Assembly: GCF_006345805.1 (NCBI RefSeq)
Contig: NW_021835437.1
Location: 9,033 to 73,032 of the forward strand
DNA from: Octopus sinensis
Lineage: Eukaryota
Direction: 5' to 3'
Length of the DNA: 64,000 nt
Shown here in pieces: positions 41,616 through 57,608 of the stretch; the first letter of the stretch is position 1; each line of letters begins with the position of its first letter. The notes under the pieces were generated by a model, which saw nothing but the letters and a program-made list of their open reading frames with translations, ran no database searches and was not told where the DNA came from. The position numbers and the translations under genes are program-made.

Positions 41616-42562
41616 TAGCGGCAACTGCTACTTGATAGATACATGCATGTGCGCGCGCGCGTGTGTGAACCAGTGTGTTATATGATGATATTGATATTAC
41701 GACTACACACTTGCCTTCCTCAATCATCAGACAAAGTTGGTCATGGTTTTTGTTTTCCGATTTATTATCGGACATAGTTTCTGGCGTCGCATTACGAGTT
41801 TCAACAAAGTTTTCAGTGGATATTTCACTCCAAGTTAATACTGAATTTTGTTGATACAAGTTATATATACAAATGTATTGCGTTGATAAGAATCAAGTCG
41901 GTGAAGTTTACGTTTGTTGGCAACATTGGAGAAGAAAGAATTCAAAGATTACAGAAGTTTACCCTTGTGGAAATTGTTTTAAAATATTGTAAACTCAAGA
42001 ATGTCTACGAATACAAAAGGATTAGAAAGAACGTGTGTGAATATTGTAGTTTAAATTCTTAAGTATTTCACTGGTGGTGTTGTAATATTGTGGTGTTAAA
42101 GGTGATACTTACATAAGTGCAAGCATTTAGTGAAGTATTTTTACAAACATTACATTCGGTAAAGACATTTGTGATGAAATATATTCGCCGAAAATCTATA
42201 ATTTATTAACCTTAAATCAGCGGAGAACTTATTCACTCTACAGTCATAAAAACATGCCATTGTCTCTAAAGACAAAATATTTGTGAATCTGTATATGCGT
42301 ATCGAAGTATCCGTATGTATGCAAGTGGAATGGTGCTGAACATGTACATGATTGGTTCTGTCTCTATAATTATATTATTCTATTCTTTTACTCGTTTCAG
42401 ACATAATAAATTTCTTTAAGTGTTAACGGTTCCCAGAAGAAACGTAAATATAACGGTAAAAACAGGGAGATAAGCGAATCTATCACACACACACACACAC
42501 GCACACACACGCACATACACATACATCATACACACACACAAAAGTGTGGGTGTGTGGGTGTG

Positions 42563-42850
42563 TGAAGGTGCGTCACCCGGTGGTTAAAGCGTTGCACTCA
42601 CGAAATTAAGATCGTAGTTTCAATTCCCACATCAGCTGCACATTGTGTTTTGAGCTAAACAGTTCATTTCACGTTGCTGCAGTTCACTCAAATGCAGACT
42701 GATAACTTTGCGCCAATCAGAAGGAGTGTTGAACACGTGGTCTAGCCAATGGCGTAGCATCATTTATAAAGCTAAAACGATGAAAAGTGCATTTTGACCA
42801 GCGATATATGAAAAGCTCCCATTGACTGGTCGATCCCTGAATTACGAGAT
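42563..42850 (+). mobile_element. tRNA-derived SINE (family C)
   Basis: gaaggtgcgt..gtggttaaagcgttgcactcacg..gtttcaattccc..ttcatttcacgttgct. Confidence 0.7.
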
Positions 42851-42917
42851 TTAGAATAAATATTTGTATTATATATGTGTGTGCGTGTGTGTACACATAT
42901 GTATATATACATATGCA

Positions 42918-42961
<44 letters not shown>

Positions 42962-43166
42962 TATATATATTAATATATATATATATATATAAACTTTTGT
43001 ATGTTTCAGTGACTGGAATGCCACCACCCTGCCCAGTGCCTTGCAGCTTTTTAACCGGGGAAATCTTATTTTCTAAACTTAGCCTACTACTCCATCGAAC
43101 TCCATTGTCACACTGGCAACATCGATTATCAAATTCTCAATTGTATGCATGTAAATATACATATAC

Positions 43167-43230
<64 letters not shown>

Positions 43231-43855
43231 ATGAATACATACATGCATGCACGCACGCACACACATAGATATAAATTACTACTCATGCTTCTTGAAATTA
43301 ATCAATTTTCTAAAATGCATAAATAACTGCAAAATATAAAGCGCATACGTTACGCTTAAGAACCATAGTGAGTTGGTGAGTTATGATGCGTGCGTGCGTA
43401 CGTACCTGTATGTGTATGTGTGTTACTAAGAATCCTTGCACAAGACTGAAATAAATCAGGAGTGGTAGATCAAGGAAATGATTGTTTTTGCTACGAGCGA
43501 TTCTGTTTTACGAAGTCTTTATGTTTATTATATTTCCCAGCCTTACTGTCTGTGTTTTAACTCTCATTTGCTAATCTCTTCTCTCTTGCAGTGACTATCT
43601 CTCGACCTATCTTTCAGTCTGCACATCTCACGATTTATCTATTTATTTGTTTATTCATTTATGTGTCTGTTTTTTCTGCCTGCCTGTGTATATGTATTAA
43701 ATAAGATTTCACTTTGACTCTCTTTTCTTCTCCCTTTGAATCAGCTAATATTGAACTACGCCTCTCTGTGTATGAGCATATATAAATATATAGATGTGTG
43801 TGTGTGCATGCACATATCTATACTATATATATACGCGTATATAATATTATATATA

Positions 43856-43914
<59 letters not shown>

Positions 43915-43919
<5 letters not shown>

Positions 43920-44143
43920 CTTTACTATCACAAGGGTTAAACACAGAGGGGACAAACCAAGGACAGACAAACGGATTAAGAAGATTACAATCAACCAGTG
44001 CGTAACTGGTACTTAATTTATCGACCCCGAAAGGATGAAAGGCAAAGTCGACCTCGGCGGAATTTGAACTCAGAACGTAACGGCAGACGAAATACGGCTA
44101 CGCATTTCGCCCGGCGTGCTAACGTTTCTGCCAGCTCGCCGCC
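43915..44143 (-). mobile_element. SINE family B, young full-length copy in (TA)n
   Basis: Reverse complement begins GGCGGCGAGCTGGCAGAAACGTTAGCACGCCGGGCGAAATGCG. Confidence 0.92.
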
Positions 44144-44914
44144 TTATATATATATATATACATACACATACGCACAGACGAAAGCGTACATATATTTATA
44201 TACAGATAGACACATAGAATTCTCTATGGAACGTGATCGACGAACAAGTGCCTACGTGGAATGATTGTGTGGATATAATTAATAAAATGTCTGTGTGTTC
44301 TAGACGTTGTATATGGTATGCTAGCTAGCAGGACTTTAACGTAGCCATCATGTATCAGATGATGGTTACAATATAGAAAGCTAGATAGCAATCAGTACAC
44401 GTCACATGACTATTTGCGCATTCAACGCATCACTTATATTCCCATAGACAAGTCAAGCTAAAAATTATAGCAATTCTCTTTTCTCTTCTCTCATTGTCTG
44501 TCTATGTCTCTCTCTTTCTTTCACACTCTATCACACACCCGCGCACACACCCACAAACACAGAAACACACTCATATCAACAGATACATACAAATGCTCAT
44601 ACGCACACAGACGCAAAGTGGTTTTCGAAAGAGAAAAACAAAGAATTGTACAATTATGTATATGCATACAAGCACATTTACATTAATGTGTGTGTGTGTG
44701 TGTGTGCGTGCGTATGTGTATGAGTTCATGTTAATGTATGTATAGCGATAGATAGACAACTATATACAAGATGGAAAGGTATATATGTATGGATGTGTGT
44801 AATGGTTGAGACTATATGGATATATTTACATATATGTACACACACACACACACACACACACCACACACACACATATATATATATATACATATGTGTGTGT
44901 GTATTTTATTATTT

Positions 44915-45125
44915 TATTATTTTAATTGTTTCAGTCATTTGAGTGTGGCCATGCTGGAGCACCGCAGTTAGTCGAGCAAATGAACACAGGACTTAATCTT
45001 TGTAAGCCTAGTGCTTATTCTATCGGTCTCTTTCTCCGAACCACTAAGTTATGGGGATGTAAACGCACCAGCATCGATTTCCAAATGATGATGTTGGGTG
45101 GACAAACACAGATACACAAACATTT
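44915..45125 (-). mobile_element. SINE family A, 3' half
   Basis: ggccatgctggagcaccgc...tattctatcggtctc. Confidence 0.85.
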
Positions 45126-45134
45126 ACACACGCT

Positions 45135-45202
<68 letters not shown>

Positions 45203-47111
45203 ATCCCTCCTTAATGGAGTGAGCAAATTCTTTTACATCAATTTACAATTGTTTCATCAACATTCGACCTGGAAAATGTTGCTATATTATTGTATGACAT
45301 GTTTCACTATGGATTTCTCGAGGGATTTGCGGTGGATCATTCTATGATCTTGATCATTTGTCAATTACTATGAATGCTAGAATGGAGAATTATTAATTTT
45401 ATTTTATTCCTATTTTTCCTCTTTCAGAGCTTTTATTGTTTTATTTTCATGGTTCACGCAAGTAGTGACACGGGAATTGTGATCGAGATCCAGGTGCGTA
45501 GTAATTTCTTTTAGTCTGTGAGGTGTGCTGACACATTAATTACTTCTCTTTTTCTATCTCCTGCATTAGTATATACTTAGGCGTCCAGGTGCATGTAGAG
45601 GTCTGGCTGCTGGATTTAGTAATAACTAACGCTGACTTCTCTACTAACAACTATACAGGCTGCCTGCGTACCTTACAACCCTATGAAAGTAACGTCTCAG
45701 ATGCCTGTCGTTTAAAACGAATAAATATACACATGCTATTACCTAAGTATAGGATTTATACATTTTCTGCACACAGAGAACGATATAATCTGCTCATTTA
45801 TTCAATTGTTTTATGTTTATCTTTTCCACTATTCCTCCTCATAAGTATTGAACGGCGGATTTAAATTGTGGTTTATTCTGTATTTATTACTTTTTTTATG
45901 TTTTATTATATTATTTTATTTCCTGGTTTTTATTTGTGACATGCATGTGTGTCAATCTAAACACACCTACTGGCTACAGGTATAAATTGGTGAGAAAATA
46001 TATTCAGGATTCTGATGTGCTCATATTCGATTGCTGCGATATAAATACACATCATGCGCCATACAGTAGTTAAAAATATATTATGTAACAATATGCTAAA
46101 GTTGATGAAACAATTGTAAATTGATGTAATAGAAATTTTGCTCAATCTACACTACTTGATAATTATATTGATCCTACGGATATCATGAGGATTCGGAAAC
46201 ATCATCAGTAGAAAATCAAAAACCCATTAATAGTCATACCGAATAACCTGTAACTGTTGATGAGTTTACAAGGGTAAAAATAACAGGGTTAACATCCACG
46301 TGAAAATGATACACAGGCACGCGCACACATACATGCATAGATATACATGTATACATATACATAATACATGCAAATATGCACATGCACAGACTCTAAATAC
46401 TGCATGTATACAAACATGGAAAACTACCCTGTTAATGAAGGCGTCTTAGATCTGCATTAGAAACCGGATCTTTCTCTATTGGCAAAAAATCATGAAAAAT
46501 GAATAATGACATACATACATACATACATACATACATACATTTCTGCATATATTTTCTTTTGTAATTCAACTTTTGAAACTGACATTGTCATTAGAGTCGG
46601 TCATTCTGCCAATGCGAACACACGCTGGAAAACACTTCATTTTACAGATAATTGTTTCATTTAGAAACAGCACAACTGCAGTTTATCTTCCTATATTTCC
46701 ATACACTTGCATTTCCCAATTTTCCGCATACACATATGTGTATATGGGCTTCTATCTACGTTCCCGTACGATGGCTTCCCGGGTTTTCATATTTGTATAT
46801 ACAAATACATATGTTTATATACTTAAGAATTTTCACAATTTTTGAATGATAAAAGAACGTTCGTTAAAAGGAGTGCGTATACCATGGTAATGAAGACTAT
46901 TGAAATCTCTGTTAAGTAATTTTATCGCTTTAGTGATTTAATAATCGAATTAGAGTTTATAAATGGAGCTTATAAAGTTCTGTAGAAAATGGTAAATATT
47001 TCAATGCCTTATTGAAATGATAATATTCAATATACGCTTTTATGTTCCGATAATTACAAACTGCTGATTAATGTATGTTTATAGATGCCAATACGTGTGG
47101 GTTTGTGTGTT

Positions 47112-47143
<32 letters not shown>

Positions 47144-47320
47144 CATCTATGTGTGTATGTGTGTGTGTGTATGTGTGTGAATGTATATGTATATAAATAT
47201 AGATATATAGATGCGTTTTAATGTAGAAAGGTGAATGCATGAAAGTATGAGTTCCACTCGTTCTCTATCTCTATATCTCTTTCTTTCTCTTTCTCTGTCT
47301 GTCTGTCAGTCTCTCTCTCT

Positions 47321-47378
<58 letters not shown>

Positions 47379-47442
47379 GCGGATAATGCCGGATTAATCT
47401 CATGCTTCAACTTAAGTACCAAATTCAACTGAATCTCAATTA

Positions 47443-47815
47443 GGCTGGGGCGTTGCTCTGTGGTAAGAAGTTTGTTTCCTAGCCACATCGTCCCACGTTC
47501 AGTCCCACCGAGAGGCACCTACTGCTGCAGTTTTCTTCTATAATCTTGAGCAGAGTAAAGCCTTCTGAGTGGATTGGGTTGATGTCTGTATATTCGTGAG
47601 TTTGTTAAGTCTGCGCGTGTGAGTTTGTGCGTTTGTATCAGTTTTTCTCTTCTCTCACCACTTGTCAACCGGTGTTTGTGTGTTTACGTCCCATTAATCT
47701 AGCGTTTTGGTGGAAGGCCTCGATAGAAGAAGTACCAGGTTTAATAATATGTATCGGTCGACTACAATTCTTGAAGACTGCACAACAGCATGGTTATAAT
47801 CTAAAAACTAGTAGT
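47443..47815 (+). mobile_element. Old SINE family A copy
   Basis: Degenerate head tgtggtaagaagttt..gttcagtccca and body gtgtttacgtccc. Confidence 0.65.
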
Positions 47816-47876
47816 GTTTAGTTTTTAGACTAATCGAATGCGAGAGAACGACCATATGTGCATATGCGTGCGTGTG

Positions 47877-47920
<44 letters not shown>

Positions 47921-47921
47921 C

Positions 47922-47960
<39 letters not shown>

Positions 47961-47970
47961 CATATATGTG

Positions 47971-48126
47971 AGCGGCTGTGTGGTAAGTAGCTCTCTTACG
48001 AACCACATGGTTTCCGCTTCTGTTCCACTGCGTGGCACCTTGGGCAAGTGTCTTCTACTATAGCCTCGGACCAATCAAAACCTTGTGAGTGGATTTGGTA
48101 GACGGAAACTGAAAGAAGCCCGTCGT
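47971..48126 (+). mobile_element. SINE family A, 5' half
   Basis: Homology to the family A head. Confidence 0.88.
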
Positions 48127-49026
48127 GTATACATGTATATGTGTGTGTGCGTGCGTGTATGTGTGTGTACGTGCTTGTAGGTTTATATATTTATATATAA
48201 GTGTGCATCCATTGAATATGTTCGTTAAAATGAATTCATAAGCAATTGTTATTAAAATTAACTTTTCAAGTAAAGTGTATGTTGGCTAACTATCGGGCTG
48301 GTTGCCTGGCTGCCTGGCAAACCTGGGTGTCTGTCTGTCTGGCTGTTACATAATTCAATTAGCGCTCATGAATGGATCAGATAAAATTCCTAAAGAATGC
48401 CGAAAAGATATGAATGCCAGCATGAAATGCTAATATCCAAAGAATGATGCTACATTCTTACAATTGAAAACTGTTCATAAAAAATAAAAAAACTAACAAT
48501 ATAAGCATGAAGCGATGTATATGAAGGAGAAGGTAAGGTTGGTGGTATATATCATGTCCATGCATATATATGTGCACGCGCACGCGAAAACACACAGACA
48601 TACGCATTCACCAACACATATATGTGCAAAAACGCACGTACACATGATCGCTTTCTCACACTCGGTACATTTAGTTTCCTCTCTCTCCACAAATATGTAT
48701 ATCTTTCCATTTGTGAGTGCATCCGTGTGTATGCTTAATTAAAAACTTATGGACGTATATATATCTGTACATATATAATTATTCCTCTGGTTATATATAT
48801 ATATATGTGTGTAAGTGGTGTGAATCAATATTTATAGGCATATTCCATGTGCACGTATATATATGTTTACATTTAGTTTTACACACTCACACTCAGACAC
48901 ACACACACACACATACGCACACACATATATATGTATATATGTATATATGTATGTATGTATGTATGCATGTATATATTAACATAGACGCGCATATTCATGC
49001 GTACAAATATAGACAGACAGGTACAC

Positions 49027-49066
<40 letters not shown>

Positions 49067-49068
49067 GA

Positions 49069-49149
<81 letters not shown>

Positions 49150-49197
49150 CAGACAGATACTGAGAAGGTGGGATATATCAGCTAGAAAATTAATGTT

Positions 49198-49248
<51 letters not shown>

Positions 49249-49929
49249 CTGTGTGTTTGTCTAAGTGAGTATGCTTATCAGCAAAAAGTGAATATGGTAA
49301 TATGCAACATGCAATATGGTATTTAATATATAAATGTCAACAGCACAATGCTGCTTCCTTCTGACAGAGCTGCCAATGAGAAGATGTTTACCATTACAGA
49401 TCAAGATGGTTACGTGGAAACAACATTATTTATCTGTAAGCAGATGATACGATGGAGATGTGAATAAAGAAGAAACAAGCGCTCATCCACATGTAGACAC
49501 ACGCACACACACACACAAATACACACATACATAGAAACTCTCATACACACACATACACACACACACACACACACATATATATAAATCGATGGGTGAATGA
49601 ATTATCCTGTATATATATATATATATAATGTTTAATCTTTCCATAATATGTAATTTTTTCTATATGGTATAATTTAATTTTTCATTATTGAATTGATAAA
49701 AGGTGTTTTTTTTTCTAATTTATATATACATATAAGTTGGTATCAGTGTTTGCATGCATGCATGGATGTATATACGTGTTCATGTATGTATGTTTGCTCT
49801 GTACAAGCGTACGAAACTTTAAGCCGTATGGAGCAGTCAAGCTGTTAGTAAATAATATATGTATATACATATATCCATAAAAATATGTATGTGTATATAC
49901 GTAAATATATATACATGTACGCATGCACC

Positions 49930-50423
49930 ATACTAAGAGTAATTTGCTGTACCAATACGACCATTCTGAAGAAAAAGGATGAGATCAAGGCCGTTCCAAT
50001 AGCAAATGGTGTCTCCAAGCTCTCTAGGTAACGTGCATCTGTCCAAGAAACATTGCTTCTCCTGTAAATCACGGAAGCCACTCACAGTGCATAGGATTAT
50101 GGAGACGATCATCTGCGAGAAAGCATGAGCGCCGTATGTGTTCCTGAAGCAGAACCCGGGAACAGGGACGACAGAGACATCGGCAGATGTATTTAAGGCC
50201 TTGGCGGCTTATTTGATAATGTCAAGAAGAGGACTGGTGTTCATAGCGTCGTCAGGTATGGAGAAGCAGCGACTTCTGACACGAAGGCAGCTGAAGTTTT
50301 CGTGCGTCAAGTCCGTCAGCATATCGCAGCCGCGGGTTACATCGCACAACAGGTATTCATCTGTGGTGAAGCTGGCCTCTATTTATATATATATAGAAAA
50401 ATTTCCCTGAAGAACCTGCATAG
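49930..50423 (+). mobile_element. Tigger/pogo (TIGD1-like) transposase relic
   Basis: TILKKKDEIK...IICEKA...FKA..GLFDNVKKRTGVHSVVRYGEAATSD..AAEVF...GYIAQQVFICGEAGL (CENP-B HTH through the start of DDE_1); frameshifts and stops. Confidence 0.88.
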
Positions 50424-50564
50424 ATAGATAGATAGATAGATAGATCCAGGATTACCCGTGGTCGCTATGTCCCCCTGACAGGCCTAGATTCTATCTCGGC
50501 CATTTAGAAAACGACCATGCACCAAATATAACGAAATATAGTTATATATATATATATATATGTG

Positions 50565-50598
<34 letters not shown>

Positions 50599-50857
50599 TG
50601 TTGTTGTGTGTGTGTGTGTATGTGTGTGTGTGTGTGTGTTTACACATGGATCCATCTGTAAATATCATCACCACCTTCTACTTTGGACTCTTATTCTAGA
50701 CGACGTCAATTAATTACAAATAACCGCCAAAATAATAGGGTTGCCATCTGGCGAGGTTTTCATGAGAGAACTTTCGACAAGTTACAATCTATCAATTACT
50801 CTCTTTCTCTCCCTCCCTCCGTCTTCATTTCTTTATCTCAGTATATATATATAAGTG

Positions 50858-50900
<43 letters not shown>

Positions 50901-50946
50901 ATATATATATAATTATATATATAGATATATATATATATATATACTA

Positions 50947-50980
<34 letters not shown>

Positions 50981-51027
50981 TAGATATATATATATATATA
51001 TATATATATAACCATATATATATATGT

Positions 51028-51058
<31 letters not shown>

Positions 51059-51145
51059 CGTATATATATATAAATATATATGTATACATATATATATATA
51101 TATCTATACATATATAATATATATATATATATAATATACGTATAT

Positions 51146-51179
<34 letters not shown>

Positions 51180-51189
51180 ATATATATAT

Positions 51190-51342
51190 GCGTTGCTGTG
51201 TGGTAACAAGCTTACTTCCCAACCACATGGTCCGGGATCAGTCTCTCTGCGTGGTTCCTTGGGCAAGTATCTTCTACAGCCTCTAGCTGACCCAAGCCTT
51301 GTAAGTGGATTTTGTTGTCCGAAAGTGAAAGGAGCCCATGTA

Positions 51343-51386
<44 letters not shown>

Positions 51387-51600
51387 TATGTATTTGTGTC
51401 AGTGTTTGTGTCCTCCCCCATCATCACTTGACAACCGATGTTGGTGGGATTATATCCCCGTAACTTAGCGGTTCGGCAAAATGGGGCGAGATTATAAGTA
51501 CTAGGCTTACGAAGTCGTAGGTGCGATTTTGACTGAAAAAGCCAGTGCTCCATCATGGCCGCAGTCAAATGACTGAAGCAAATAGATGAATAAAGAGTAC
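51190..51600 (+). mobile_element. SINE family A
   Basis: Homology to the 17371 copy. Confidence 0.85.
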
Positions 51601-51614
51601 ATACGTATATACAT

Positions 51615-51884
51615 AGGAGACCCACTTCGGTCATGACACATGGGATTGCACTTAGAAAGTTACCCTCCCAAGCAGAAGTCCGGACAAGGTTGTTTATGGA
51701 AGACCAGCAGTCACCCATGCATACAATACTCCCCTCTCCACGCCACCAGTGTTATCCAAGGGAAAGGCAAAGGGGCCGATGCTTAGCACCAGTGATGTCG
51801 CAACTCATTTCTACAAACTGAGTTAACTGGAGCAACGTAAAATAAAGTGTCTTGCTCAAGAACCACTGAGCCATGCACCTTCAT
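51615..51884 (-). mobile_element. SINE family C-related copy with an internally deleted head
   Basis: Minus strand tgaaggtgcatggctcagtggt/tcttgagcaagacactttattttacgttgctccag. Confidence 0.65.
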
Positions 51885-52101
51885 ATATGTACATGCATAT
51901 ATATATATATATATACATATATATATAATGTAAAAAATATATATGCATATACACATACATGTACGTACTTATATATGTATATACACATATATTACGTTTT
52001 TTTTTTGACGTCCTGTACCCATATATGCATGTTTAAATACATATATATTTAAGTATGCAAATGTATGTATATATGCACATACATATATACAAACATATAT
52101 T

Positions 52102-52268
52102 GGCGCAGGAGTGGCTGTGTAGTAAGTAGCTTGCTTACCAGCCACATGGTTCCGGGGATTGAGTCCCACTGCGTGGAGCCGGGTCAAGTGTCTTCTACTA
52201 TAGCCTCGGGCCGACCAAAACCTTGTGAGTGGAATTGGTAGACAGAAACAAAAAGAAGACGGTCGTAT
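52102..52268 (+). mobile_element. SINE family A, 5' half
   Basis: GGCGCAGGAGTGGCTGTGTAGTAAGTAGC. Confidence 0.9.
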
Positions 52269-52701
52269 ATATACATACATACATACATACTACTACAACA
52301 TACAATACATATATATATATATATATATATATATCTATTATATATATATATATATATAATATATATATGCTCGCTCATTTGCGTGTGCCTGTACGTGGGT
52401 GTCTTTTAATGTTTGGTGCACATGCGAAATCAAAAGCAAGTAAGTCTTCCGATTCCTCTTGTTCTGAGATTGTCCTCTTTAAATCAGCGTCTAAGTCTTT
52501 TCATACTATACAGAAGCCGTAACACAGAAAGACAACAATCACTGAACGGAATCCTGTAATTCTGTTTGAGGACCTATTGATCTAGCGTTTGTATTAGACC
52601 AGAAACAAATATCAGAGCATCCAATATGCTTTTACTGCGTATGGAGATACACACATGCACATATACATGTGTGTGTGTGTAGATATTTAGATAGATAAAT
52701 G

Positions 52702-52783
<82 letters not shown>

Positions 52784-52802
52784 AAGATAGATAGATAGGT
52801 GT

Positions 52803-53008
52803 TTTTTACTCGTTTCACTCATTCGACTACACTCATGATGAGTTTAGTCCAACAATTCGACATTATTACGTATTGTTAAGCCTGGTACTTACTACATCGG
52901 GTTATTTTGCCGAACCGCTAATGTATGGGGGTCTTGATGAAGCCAACACTTGCTCTCAAGTGGTAGGATATCACACACGCAAAGGGACATGAACACACAC
53001 ATACACAC

Positions 53009-53072
<64 letters not shown>

Positions 53073-53235
53073 CAGCTCGCTTCCACATATTATCTGTCTA
53101 CCAAAATCACTCATAAAACATTGTTTGATCTCGGCTATGTTATAAGAGAAGGCATTTAACAAACGTACCACACAGTAGGATTGAGCCCAAAACTCCGTAG
53201 TTGAAAGCAAGTTTTCCTAATCACTCAGCTTCGTA
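52803..53235 (-). mobile_element. Old SINE family A copy
   Basis: ttttgccgaaccgcta and tgtctaccaaaatcactcataa blocks. Confidence 0.65.
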
Positions 53236-55079
53236 CTATATTATATATAGAAACGCACGTTGTATCATCAGTAGTAGAACTATTATATTTATACAAGAAA
53301 TTCATTTAAAATTTTCACATGACACTATTTCATTTATTTCAATTTCGCCACTAGACAGTCCGAATCAGTAAAAATCTCTGCTTCTGTTTTTGTTTCTCAT
53401 CATGAACATGTCTAAAAGTTTCAAACAGCGAAAGCATGTTTGATCTCCTGAAACGACTCTCAGTTATTGGCACATTAAACTTGACCGTCAAACGCAACAG
53501 AAGAAATAAAACATTGTCTGAATATAGGAACGTGTCATTAAATTCGTTTTATAACCGCACATGGTTTTCATGTCCAATTTCCTATTTATAATGGCCGTGA
53601 GTTCATTATATTTTCGTTAAACCTGCTTATTACACTTGCCTTGCTAGCTGTACGTTTGTTTTCAATCTAGCGTTCATAAAAGATTTTATGAAGATAATGA
53701 TGCGAAATAATCAATTACATCAACACACGGCCTTAGATGGCGTCAACTTTGACAAGCATGTACAACTAAATACAAAGAAATTAATATGAAGTCTACATTA
53801 GTTTGCGATTAGACGTTACTTCTTCCCCGTCTCCGACCAGTTCTCTGTTCTCTGAGCAGTATTTCACGCTTTAGAAATCTTTAACTATAGCCATCTTAAT
53901 CTTACTAAACTGTAAATACGTACCACAGTGAAGTTTACCGGTTGAACCACCAGGGTTATTGTGAAATTCAGAACTGAATTTAACAAGTGAAATATCTGAG
54001 ACGTGTCGCCGACATCTCAGCATCATGTATGCAATAACTATGAATATTAATTCGCTAGCTGTGCAGAACGATTAAGACAATTAAGGAATCTATGGTGAAG
54101 CAGTTAGCTTCGTCTCCACCTGGTTTCGGTTTCAGCCCCATTTACTGCAAATGTAAAGCAAGACCGATGACGTCCAACACGTCAGCTGTGCAGAAGTTTA
54201 AAGATGGTGGAGGCAACACTGTATGGTTAAGTATTTCGGTTTGTAACTACGCGGTTTCAGTTTCAGTCCCAACGCACGTCCTTAATAACGTTACAAGTCG
54301 CAACGTGTGACCCGCATCAGCATCTCAGCTCTTCCATGCGATGACGTATAACTTTCAAACTGTCAGCTAAGCAGAGATTTAAAGACATTATGCACAATGT
54401 TAGACAGTTAGAATCGGAAGTAAAAGACTTCGGTTCAATCACGCTGCACAACCTACATAAAATTAAACAAGAACTGAAACATGTCACCAGTTTTTAAATG
54501 GTTAGTTGTGCAGAAATGTAAAGAGGTTAGAGGCAAGAATATAAGGTTACGTGGTGAGCTTCAGGTTCCGTTTCATTACATTTCATAAATAAAAACGTAA
54601 AAAGAACCAACGCAATAAGAGGACAATCCCAGAGTAAAGGCTACCAATTTACTACTTAAAACGTAACAAAACCAAATGACTGACATTAGCTATATCTTAA
54701 ATCGTTATTACATTATATAGGAAGAAATAACAGAAAATATCAGTTCAATGGTTGGATTCCAGCGCCGAATCTAATATCAAGTATTCTTATTAATAGTCAT
54801 CTGTGTGGCGCAATGAGTCTGTTGAATAAAAATGTATATAGCATGTTTTTACACATGGTCACGTGGCATGGAATACCAACAAAAACGTGCAAAATTCCGA
54901 GATGAATCACAGATGAGTTCTAAAGATAAATTCCAAGAAAGAGAGTTCAATGGTTTTACAGATGTGTATGTGTGCATATGATGATGATGATGATGACAGA
55001 CTCTCCCGTCGATGACAACATATGAGTATTTTGTGCCGAATGATCTGCATGAATGATTTGTTTATAGGGATCATTTGTG

Positions 55080-55130
<51 letters not shown>

Positions 55131-55584
55131 TACTGTATATTGTTCATGGATTCCATATATTAAAGTCCTTAAAGCATTTCAGAGTTCTATTATTTTGTAT
55201 ATAGTATCTTATTATAACTTTCGAGACAGTACCAAAAGTTTCATGCTTGAAGAGGAACGGAAGTCTGGCCAAGTCTATGTAGGGTTACATCAGTAGATAG
55301 GTGTCGGCAGAGTGCGATGTTGTGAGAAAAAGATTTTGCTACAGAGAAATGAACAAAAAGATTTTGACTGCTATCTTGAGATGTACGCGACGAAGATTTG
55401 AAGGCAGAGGCAGAAAGCAGCGGCAACTTGAATGCACTAAGTCAGTTACGATTCTTATGATCTTTAATCTTAAATCGTGGCCTGAAGGGTTAAAGAATGC
55501 TATACTCTATTATATATGTATACATATGTCTATATATATATATATATATTATATATATATATATGCATAAGAATAAGCCCTGGG

Positions 55585-55934
55585 GTCGACCAAATCGACA
55601 CCAGGCCTATTCTTTGTAAGCCAAGTACTTATTCTATCGGTCTCTTTTGCCGAACCGCTAAGTTACGGGGACGTACACACACTAGCATTGGTTGTCAAGC
55701 GATGTTGGGGGGGACAAACACAGACACACAAACATATACACACACATACATACATATATATATATATATATACATATATACGACAGGCTTCTTTCAGTTT
55801 CCGTCGACCAAATCTATTCACAAGACTTTGGTCGGCCCGGGGCTATAGTAGAAGACACTTGCCCATGGTGCCACGCAGTGGGACTGAACCCGGAACCATG
55901 TGGTTCGTAAGCAAGCTACTTACCACACAGCCAC
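55585..55934 (-). mobile_element. SINE family A, young, 3'-truncated
   Basis: High similarity to 62664-63110. Confidence 0.9.
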
Positions 55935-56465
55935 TATATATATATAGCCTATATATATATACATACACATCCAAATGTTGCTTGCCCTAGTGAGGAATAG
56001 AAGTGCAGTTGACAGAAAACTTAGATTCCTTTCCGCAAATGTAAAACAACCACATAAAAGGTTTCCCTCGTTCGCCATGGAGCGCAAATGTAATTTTCTT
56101 TCCTTCCTTCTTTTCTGCTTCACTTTTTTGTCGTCGTTAGGTGAAGGAGATCCTCTCTTCAGCATCGAAGAATGTCTTCTTCAGAGCAGTGCCGATGTTT
56201 GTAAAGATTGCCAAAACAGGGAATAATACACGACACAAAGACATGAAAAATTTCTTCACGTTTTAATAGAACCATTAAAATCACAATAATTATGCAAAAT
56301 AAAATCAGATTAATTAACAGAACGTTAATCAAAGGCATATAATTTAGATGACTCAAAAATTTCCATTCTAAAATTAGCATCACTATTATTATTTTATCGT
56401 TTGCGTTATTAACGCTGTTATTCTTCTTATTATTATTATTCTTATTCTTCTTCTTCTTCTTCTTC

Positions 56466-56600
<135 letters not shown>

Positions 56601-56652
56601 TATTATTATTATCATCACATCATTATTATATATTATTATTATTATTATTATA

Positions 56653-56685
<33 letters not shown>

Positions 56686-56915
56686 GTTATTATTATCATC
56701 ATCATTATTATCATTACTATTATTATTGCACTTATCCGTTTTGCTATTATTATGATTACTGTTATCATGACTATTATTATTTCCATCAATTTTAGGTTAT
56801 TACTATTGTTATGATGATTATCACTACTCTTACTATCATTACCATTATTATTATATCCATTACTAGAATTACTGTTATTATTATTGCGATCATTATTATT
56901 ATTATTATTATTATT

Positions 56916-57608
<693 letters not shown>

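Noticed and set aside
55240-56230. Protein-like ORFs around the 55585 SINE
   Set aside because: Short, with no recognisable motifs or consistent splice signals.
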